Source of the DNA: a bacterium
GTDB lineage: Archaea; Micrarchaeota; Micrarchaeia; Micrarchaeales; CABMGC01
DNA: 64,000 nt
NCBI GenBank assembly: GCA_021829835.1
Contig: JAKBPE010000001.1
Coordinates: 352 to 64,351 of the forward strand
Direction: 5' to 3'
Shown here: piece after piece, positions 47,793 to 53,517 of the stretch
Position numbering within the stretch: the first letter of the stretch is position 1
Layout: each line of letters starts with the position of its first letter
Notes under the pieces: generated by a model
Seen by the model: only the letters and a program-made list of their open reading frames with translations
Told to the model about the DNA's origin: nothing
Databases searched by the model: none
Translations under genes and position numbers: made by a program

Positions 47793-49091
47793 CTATGTCA
47801 GGGCCCATTCCCAGAACGGCAGATACACTATCTTTATTCCATCTACATCCTCACTGCCATTGTAATCATAAGTAATTATGATTCCTTCCTTAAGCTTAAG
47901 CGCTTTTGCAGCTTCAACTAATGCTGAAGTTTCCCTGTCTTTTACATCAATGCTAGAAAGTTCATAACATACTTGTATTAGTTTAGTAGGTTTCCAGCCC
48001 ACAATGAAATCGATCTCCTTACCAGATCTCAGTTTTAGATAGTGAATATTGTCTGATACTTTTTTCCTTCTGAGCAACTCGATAAACACTGCATTTTCAA
48101 GTGCCCTTCCCTTGTCTATATCTGTAAACAATTTTGATAATCCAATGTCAACAATGTAACTCTTTACTTGCCTAGCAAAACGCTTTCTTGGGCTTTTTAA
48201 ATATTGTTCCAAGATTTCAGCAAAGAATACGGATTTGGAGTATTCTAAAAAGTTAAGAATTGTGACTCTGCTAATCTCAAAGCCCATACTGTTGAAATAA
48301 TTCTGGGCCTTTGTTGAGCTGAAATAAGTTGAATAGTTACTAGCAATTATCTTAAGGAAAATGTTTAATGCCCCCGTTTCCCTCAAATTATATCTCTTTA
48401 TTATGTCCCTAAAGAATATGGCATCAAAGTATGATGATAAAAGATCCATTTTTCTTGTAGTATCATTTGAAAGTATAACTTCTGGAAAAGATCCGTATTC
48501 AAGAAATTCGTCTAGTGCTTTTAGTACGGTACCTTTCTTTGAAGAAAATTTTATGCCACTAATCTCCGCGGTTATCCCTTTCGATTTTAGCATCTCACTA
48601 AAAGAGAACGGATAAACAGTATAGGAAAGATTTCTGCCTGCAAGCGCCGTTGCTATTTCGCTGCTAAGTAGCTCTGATGATGACCCAGTTATTATAATTC
48701 TATACTTCTTAGTGTCATATACCTTCCTTATCCATTTATCCCAATTCTCTACGTTTTGAATCTCGTCTAAGAACAGATATACAATTCCCCCCATGGGATT
48801 GAATATTTGCGAATGTGCGATTAGAAGATTATCCATGTCTGTTGCTTTAGTAGCTATTAGGCGCTCATTCTCAAAATTAACATAAATAATATTGTCTTTT
48901 GTTACCCTTCTTTTCATTAGCGCTTTAATGTGCTGAAACATTAAGCTTGTTTTGCCCGAACGTCTTACACCTGCAATGACAATTACTTTATCTGCATTTA
49001 AATCTAACGTAATTTTCCTTTCTATGACTTCTGGGAGTTCCATCTCTTTCCAGAGAGTAAGCACATACTTAAAGTCATCAATTCTAGCCAT
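47793..49091 (-). CDS. AAA+ ATPase of the COG1373 type (AAA_14 + DUF4143)
   Basis: Walker A is AGVRRSGKTS and Walker B is YLFLDEIQ. The product is 432 aa with a DUF4143-like C-terminal part. Confidence 0.75.
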   Translation of the reverse strand: MARIDDFKYVLTLWKEMELPEVIERKITLDLNADKVIVIAGVRRSGKTSLMFQHIKALMKRRVTKDNIIYVNFENERLIATKATDMDNLLIAHSQIFNPMGGIVYLFLDEIQNVENWDKWIRKVYDTKKYRIIITGSSSELLSSEIATALAGRNLSYTVYPFSFSEMLKSKGITAEISGIKFSSKKGTVLKALDEFLEYGSFPEVILSNDTTRKMDLLSSYFDAIFFRDIIKRYNLRETGALNIFLKIIASNYSTYFSSTKAQNYFNSMGFEISRVTILNFLEYSKSVFFAEILEQYLKSPRKRFARQVKSYIVDIGLSKLFTDIDKGRALENAVFIELLRRKKVSDNIHYLKLRSGKEIDFIVGWKPTKLIQVCYELSSIDVKDRETSALVEAAKALKLKEGIIITYDYNGSEDVDGIKIVYLPFWEWALT

Positions 49092-49265
49092 ATTGGTATA
49101 GTATGCTATACATATTTATATGCTTTACGTTTAGTATACTGTACGTAAATAAAGAGATCCGGTTCGTTAACTCTGCATCCCTACATCTTTTGTGCAATTC
49201 CATCTGATATGCATGCTGAAACTTGGAAAGGTTAAGTTTTACAGGATTTGCTAGGCAATTGGATG

Positions 49266-49290
49266 CAAACAAAAAGTAAATTTGAACTAG
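49266..49290 (-). repeat. Second copy of the 25-nt direct repeat caaacaaaaagtaaatttgRactag
   Basis: It matches 47492-47516 at 24 of 25 positions. It contains only the last few nt of a tRNA 3' end (CTAGTTCA) plus the 3' flank. Confidence 0.7.
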
Positions 49291-49345
49291 CCCTTAATAA
49301 AAGGTAGTATATCCTCGGCCTTGAATAAAAATGGGCTTGGAGGAC

Positions 49346-49570
49346 TTACTGACTTGCAATTTCTATTATCTTATCTTTACTCGCTGCACCTTTTATTATT
49401 CTTATACCTGCCCTTTTCACATTGAAATACGACGAAAGAGCACTTATTACAGCTATATTAGCACGACCTTCAATCGCCTTTTCTTTAACCTTAAGTTTAT
49501 AACTTGTAGGGTTTATCTTTTGCAATACCTCGAATTTGGAATTTGGAATCACTTTTACTTTTATTAACAT
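49346..49570 (-). CDS. DUF167 (YggU/UPF0235) family protein
   Basis: The 74-aa sequence IKVKVIPNSK...KLKVKEKAIEGRANIAVISALSSYFNVKRAGIRIIKGAASKDKIIEI matches the DUF167 pattern. Confidence 0.7.
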   Translation of the reverse strand: MLIKVKVIPNSKFEVLQKINPTSYKLKVKEKAIEGRANIAVISALSSYFNVKRAGIRIIKGAASKDKIIEIASQ

Positions 49571-49584
49571 AGTAACACTTAGAG

Positions 49585-49974
49585 ATTTGGACTCGGCAGG
49601 GATCTCGCCAGCGACCTCGCCGTTGCGAACGAGTGTGAGTCCCTAGCTTTTTCGTCTAGCTTTTGTTTCATTTTAGCACCGTAGATTTTATTTTCGTTAA
49701 ATACGGACATCTGTGTCTTCGCACACAGATTATGGCGGGTTTAAAAAATAATATCGTCGAGATCGCATTCAGACCCGCTTGCGGATTCGTCACCAGATTT
49801 TTCCTCAGCTTCTTGATAAAACTTCTTCCCAAGAAGTTTTGTGGACTCGACAAGACATCAACAATTGAGTATGATGTATAAAAACCATTATCTAAATGGT
49901 GTTTGATGGTATTTGATTGTATTTACTTACATTCACTAGCATTCTATGGTCTTGACTCCAACTTTCCTAGCAAG
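49585..49974 (-). repeat. Composite island repeat, copy C (pseudo-tRNA, hairpin 49709-49730, 23-nt palindrome 49818-49840, tail running into the vapC 3' end)
   Basis: By eye it aligns nearly base for base with 50591-50998 (a few substitutions and one indel of about 20 nt). Confidence 0.85.
49588..49643 (-). pseudogene. D-armless pseudo-tRNA-Ala (copy C)
   Basis: The reverse complement is GGGACTCACACTCG-TTCGCAA-CGGCGAGGTC-GCTGG-CGAGATC-CCTGC-CGAGTCCA. It shares the anticodon loop and the 3' acceptor end CGAGTCCA with the bona fide tRNA-Ala at 51710-51781, but it lacks the D arm and has a mispaired T stem. Confidence 0.7.
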
Positions 49975-50322
49975 TTCTGCCTGATTGCCATCGCAGGTTA
50001 CTAGCTCGTAAGAGTTCTTTAGCGCCGCAGCTACGAACATAGCATCGTATATAGATGAATTGTATTTCTTAGCAATTTCAAAGGCCTTAATGATATGCTT
50101 TTTTTCTTCTATAAATCTGAAAGTACTTGGGTACCTCTCAAGGATCTCCACCACTTTCTTATAATCAAGCTCATTCTTACGGACTTTCTTCAGAAGTGCG
50201 CTGCCTAACTCTATCATGGAAAGTTCTATGCTTATGGGCTCATAGAGATACACCTCCACATCTTCCCATCCTGGCTCTTCTGAAAAGTACTTGACAATAA
50301 CGGAACTATCAATGAGTCTCAT
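49936..50322 (-). CDS. vapC: PIN-domain ribonuclease toxin
   Basis: The N-terminus MRLIDSSVIVKYF carries the catalytic Asp. Later acidic residues occur in IYDAMFVAAAL and VTCDGNQ. It overlaps the upstream antitoxin gene by 14 nt. Confidence 0.8.
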   Translation of the reverse strand: MRLIDSSVIVKYFSEEPGWEDVEVYLYEPISIELSMIELGSALLKKVRKNELDYKKVVEILERYPSTFRFIEEKKHIIKAFEIAKKYNSSIYDAMFVAAALKNSYELVTCDGNQAELARKVGVKTIEC

Positions 50323-50527
50323 TTCTATCTTCTCTTATCGATTTTACCGCAAATCCTGCTTTTGATGGCTTTGAGGTTTTAACAATTTCTTTCAATTCGA
50401 GTAAAACTTTTTTGGCATTTGCCTTCCATGCCATATCCTCTATATAATCTTTTGGGTTTATGCCAGCTTTTTTAAGCTGCTCCATAGTACCACGCTTTAC
50501 TCTAATACTTATTACTTCGGTGTCCAT
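50309..50527 (-). CDS. vapB: RHH/CopG-like antitoxin; start trimmed to the Met at 50527
   Basis: MDTEVISIRVKRGTMEQLKK shows a beta-strand plus helix RHH pattern. The longer ORF (to 50677) would run through the pseudo-tRNA repeat, so I prefer the internal start. Confidence 0.65.
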   Translation of the reverse strand: MDTEVISIRVKRGTMEQLKKAGINPKDYIEDMAWKANAKKVLLELKEIVKTSKPSKAGFAVKSIREDRNETH

Positions 50528-50540
50528 AATTATATTATGG
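50524..50540 (-). promoter_or_regulatory. Inverted repeat CCATAAT-TAT-ATTATGG overlapping the vapB start codon (candidate operator)
   Basis: A perfect 7-bp inverted repeat was read directly and covers the ATG at 50525-50527. Confidence 0.35.
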
Positions 50541-50590
50541 CATACAGATATATAAACATTTTTGTTTACATAATTGATTACATAAATAAT

Positions 50591-50998
50591 AAGTGGACTC
50601 GGCAGGGATCTCACCAGCAACCTCGCCATTGCAAACGGGTGTGAGTCCCTAGCTTTTTCGTCTATATTTCTAGCCATTTAGTTCACCGTAGATTTTATTT
50701 TTTCAAATGCGAACATCTGTGTCTTCGCACACAGATTATGGCGGATTTAAAAATATAAACAGATACGGTGCAGATATCGTCGAGATCGCATTCAGATCCG
50801 CTTGTGGATTCGTCGCCAGATTTTTCCTCAGCTTCTTGATAAAACTTCTTCCCAAGAAGTTTTGTGGACTCGACAAGACATCAACAATTGAGTATGATGT
50901 ATAAAAACAATTATCTAAATGGTGTTTAATGGTATTTGATTGTACTTGCTTACATTCACTAGCATTCTATTGTCTTGACTCCAACTTTCCTAGCAAGC
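50591..50998 (-). repeat. Composite island repeat, copy D (pseudo-tRNA, hairpin 50715-50736, palindrome 50841-50863, tail running into the second PIN gene 3' end)
   Basis: See copy C. This copy additionally retains the TATAAACAGATACGGTGCA block found in copy A (47664-47682) but deleted from copy C. Confidence 0.85.
50594..50649 (-). pseudogene. D-armless pseudo-tRNA-Ala (copy D)
   Basis: The reverse complement is GGGACTCACACCCG-TTTGCAA-TGGCGAGGTT-GCTGG-TGAGATC-CCTGC-CGAGTCCA. It has the same architecture as copy C with a few substitutions, and the anticodon loop is now TTTGCAA. Confidence 0.7.
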
Positions 50999-51389
50999 CT
51001 ATTAGCTCCTTTGTGGAAATAATACGTATTCTTTTTTGTGTGCTAAAATCCAGATCATGGCTCCATATAAGTGTATTTTCATAGAGTGCACAAGAGATGT
51101 AAAGCCAGTCCTTAGAATCATCTACGAGGCTTGCCGCAGCAAGGAGGAAAGGTCTAAGATTCTTGTCTGGAACGAGGATAAGCTGGCCAAGAATCTTGTC
51201 AACTAATCTGTAAAATTCTTCATTGTTCAGTCCTGATTTTTTTCTTACTTCGGCAAGATGGCGTGCAAATTCATCAACAATGAATTCTGGCGCAAAAAGG
51301 GACAGCGCCGGGTTAAAGAACAGTTTTCTTGTTGTTGAATCTTTTATGAGGCATGCAAACAGCATGTTTGCATCAACGGTTATTTTCAT
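50967..51389 (-). CDS. PIN-domain toxin (second family, unrelated in sequence to 49936-50322)
   Basis: MKITVDANMLFACL carries the N-terminal Asp, and acidic residues occur at DDSKDW and SHDLDF. It overlaps the upstream antitoxin gene by 17 nt. Confidence 0.75.
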   Translation of the reverse strand: MKITVDANMLFACLIKDSTTRKLFFNPALSLFAPEFIVDEFARHLAEVRKKSGLNNEEFYRLVDKILGQLILVPDKNLRPFLLAAASLVDDSKDWLYISCALYENTLIWSHDLDFSTQKRIRIISTKELIGLLGKLESRQ

Positions 51390-51624
51390 TTAGGAGCGCC
51401 TCTGCATGTTTTGCAGCATTCTTTGCAATTTTTGCACTTATAGGCTTCCAAGTTTTCCAATTAAGTCTGCTCTTCTTAGCTATGCTTTCGGCTTCCTCAA
51501 AATCTGCAATTTTCTGTTCTATTACATTTCTTACTGCACTTGACCATTTGACATAGGAGTACTTCTCCATCTCCTTTTTCAACTCATCGCTTATCGAAAG
51601 GGTAATATTTGGCACATGAATCAC
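51373..51624 (-). CDS. RHH/CopG-like antitoxin (GTG start)
   Basis: ITLSISDELKKEMEKY..VKWSSAVRNVIEQKI shows an RHH pattern. The gene is coupled to the PIN gene. Confidence 0.65.
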   Translation of the reverse strand: MIHVPNITLSISDELKKEMEKYSYVKWSSAVRNVIEQKIADFEEAESIAKKSRLNWKTWKPISAKIAKNAAKHAEALLNENNR

Positions 51625-51639
51625 ATAATTATTATGTGA
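51621..51639 (-). promoter_or_regulatory. Inverted repeat TCACATAAT-T-ATTATGTGA overlapping the antitoxin start (candidate operator)
   Basis: A perfect 9-bp inverted repeat was read directly and spans the GTG start at 51622-51624. Confidence 0.35.
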
Positions 51640-51709
51640 ATGAACATATTTAATACTTACTATTCAAGCATGAAGGCGATTCACATACAACTCTGTCGTA
51701 AACGTGATT

Positions 51710-51781
51710 TGGACTCGGCGGGATTCGCACCCGCGGCCTTTTCGTTGCGAACGAAACGCGCTGCTACTGCGCCACGAGCCC
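51710..51781 (-). tRNA. tRNA-Ala(CGC), intact, 72 nt, no encoded CCA
   Basis: The reverse complement is GGGCTCG-TG-GCGC-AGTAGCA-GCGC-G-TTTCG-TTCGCAA-CGAAA-AGGCC-GCGGG-TGCGAAT-CCCGC-CGAGTCC-A. All stems pair, and the G3:U70 alanine identity pair is present. AT-rich TATA-like sequence lies upstream (51791-51825). Confidence 0.9.
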
Positions 51782-52052
51782 TTTTTTATTTTTTATAAAT
51801 CAAATATTAAAATAATTATAAAACTATAAATTCATAAGTGCAACTATGCAATGCAACTATACAATTCATAGAATAATAATGCGTAGGTTGTCTTCTGGCT
51901 TTGCAAGTTACATGCCACAAACACACCGTTAAGGGCCATATATTAGAAAGACTTAAATAGGTAGAAGATTACTGTTATATAGAAAAGCAGATGCAGTAGT
52001 CCAATTAAGCTACTAATTATTTTGATAGCGGTTTCTTTGTATACTACTAATT

Positions 52053-53471
52053 TTGCTTTCAGATGTGAATAAAATGAAAGCATTTTCGGAAATGGGGCTA
52101 GAACCCCGACTAGTGGAAACGTTAAAGAGGCACAATTTTGTCAACCCTACAGAGGTACAGGAGAATACAATACCTGTTGCCCTGGAAGGCAAAGACGTGA
52201 TTGTAAGAGCGAAGACAGGAACAGGTAAGACTCTCGCATTCCTGATACCTATAAAACAGAGAAGCAAGCCTGGGCCATACCCAGAGGCAATTGTTCTTGC
52301 ACCTACAAGAGAACTTGCGCTGCAGATAGCGGACGTTGCAAAAAAACTCAATTCAAGTCCAAATCATGGAATTGCTGTAGTCTATGGAGGAGCCTCCATA
52401 AACGTGCAGATACAGGATCTCAGGAGAAATCCAGACATAATAATAGGCACGCCTGGAAGAGTAATAGACCTTATAGAGAGAGGAGCGCTTAATCTGGAGA
52501 GGATAAAGTTTCTTGTGCTTGACGAAGCTGACACCATGCTTGATATGGGATTCATACTGGATGTTGAATTTATACTGTCAAAAACACCTAGGGAGAAGCA
52601 GACTATGATCTTTTCGGCAACTATGCCAGAAAAGATAAGGACAATAGCTAAAAGGCATATGAACGACCCTGCATTCATAAGGATAGGTGAAGAGGACGAT
52701 ATAGTCGTTTCCAAGATAAAGCACCTTTACGCAGAGGTAGACAACAGAATGAAGTTTGCAACATTGCTTGCTTACATAGAAGGATACAAGCCAAAGAAGG
52801 CGATTATATTTGCCCAGACTAAGTATGCTGCCAATGCAATATACGAAGCCATGAAAGGCCAGGGACTCGATGTAGTCATGATGCATGGAGGTCTTACTCA
52901 GGCAAAAAGGGAGCATTCGCTTAGGGAGTTTAAGAACAATGGGAGGTTCCTAATAGCGACTAATGTTGCAGCTAGGGGAATAGACATAGCAGGAATCTCA
53001 GATATAATAAATTTTGATGTGACAGAAGACCCTAGGACATATGTGCACAGAGTGGGCAGGTCAGCAAGGATGAATAATGACGGAAGGTCATTCACTATAG
53101 TCAATGGATCCCAGAGGAATATAATTTCAGACATAGAAGATTCAGTCAATGTCAAGTTTGAGAAGATCTCACCTGACGGAAGCGCCTACAAGGACATAGT
53201 AATCTTCAGGAGAGGAGGCGGAGGAAGCTTCGGAGGAGGAAGAGGGGAATTCAGAGAAAGGCGCGGCAGTCCGAGAAGGCAGTGGGGCAATAACAACTTC
53301 GAGAGGGGAGGAAGGCCCGGGCAGAATTCTGGAGAGAGGTTTAGGCGCAGCGAAGGCTTCCATGGAAGCGGAGAGAGAAGCGGAAGAAGTTTCAACAGGG
53401 AAGGAGGAAACAACAGATTCCACTCCAGAGGAGGCTTCAGGTCCCAGAAACGCTCCAACACAAGGCATTAA
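52053..53471 (+). CDS. DEAD-box ATP-dependent RNA helicase with an Arg/Gly-rich C-terminal tail
   Basis: Motifs AKTGTGKT, PTRELA, DEAD, SAT and HRVGRSAR are present. The last 90 aa or so are RGG/RG-rich low complexity. A start at the MKAFSEMG Met is possible. Confidence 0.9.
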   Translation: MLSDVNKMKAFSEMGLEPRLVETLKRHNFVNPTEVQENTIPVALEGKDVIVRAKTGTGKTLAFLIPIKQRSKPGPYPEAIVLAPTRELALQIADVAKKLNSSPNHGIAVVYGGASINVQIQDLRRNPDIIIGTPGRVIDLIERGALNLERIKFLVLDEADTMLDMGFILDVEFILSKTPREKQTMIFSATMPEKIRTIAKRHMNDPAFIRIGEEDDIVVSKIKHLYAEVDNRMKFATLLAYIEGYKPKKAIIFAQTKYAANAIYEAMKGQGLDVVMMHGGLTQAKREHSLREFKNNGRFLIATNVAARGIDIAGISDIINFDVTEDPRTYVHRVGRSARMNNDGRSFTIVNGSQRNIISDIEDSVNVKFEKISPDGSAYKDIVIFRRGGGGSFGGGRGEFRERRGSPRRQWGNNNFERGGRPGQNSGERFRRSEGFHGSGERSGRSFNREGGNNRFHSRGGFRSQKRSNTRH

Positions 53472-53517
53472 CCAGAATATCTGATTGGCTTTTTAGCTGT
53501 TTCCGTTTAATATATTT

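Noticed and set aside
49663-49881. Duplicated small ORFs (72 aa at 49663-49881 and 65 aa at 50707-50904, plus 61 aa antisense) inside the composite repeat
   Set aside because: DNA identity between the copies is so high that conservation gives no coding evidence. ORFs are open on both strands, and the region contains hairpins and palindromes. I left it unannotated as CDS but mentioned it under the repeat finding.
50528-50677. Upstream 50 codons of the 122-aa ORF 50309-50677
   Set aside because: They would translate through the pseudo-tRNA/repeat sequence. The RHH antitoxin fold starts at the internal Met (50527), which also has a palindrome over it.
47492-51781. Search for an integrase, transposase or Rep gene that would make the tRNA-Ala island a conventional integrated element
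   Set aside because: None of the ORFs or six-frame fragments in or next to the island shows tyrosine-recombinase (R..H..R..Y), serine-recombinase, DDE or TnpA/TnpB motifs. I therefore did not call the island an intact mobile element.
52013-52351. 112-aa minus-strand ORF overlapping the start of the DEAD-box helicase
   Set aside because: It is antisense to a strongly supported gene and has no recognisable features. The same reasoning applies to the many other antisense ORFs in the track (for example 1772-2230, 3081-3602, 6206-6700, 8403-8882, 26151-26792, 29171-29776, 33592-34149, 57381-57809 and 58108-58560).
53169-53468. Two minus-strand ORFs of about 90-100 aa (Pro/Ser/Leu-rich) antisense to the helicase tail
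   Set aside because: They are the reverse-complement reading of the RGG-coding low-complexity region, and the sense-strand gene has full helicase motifs.
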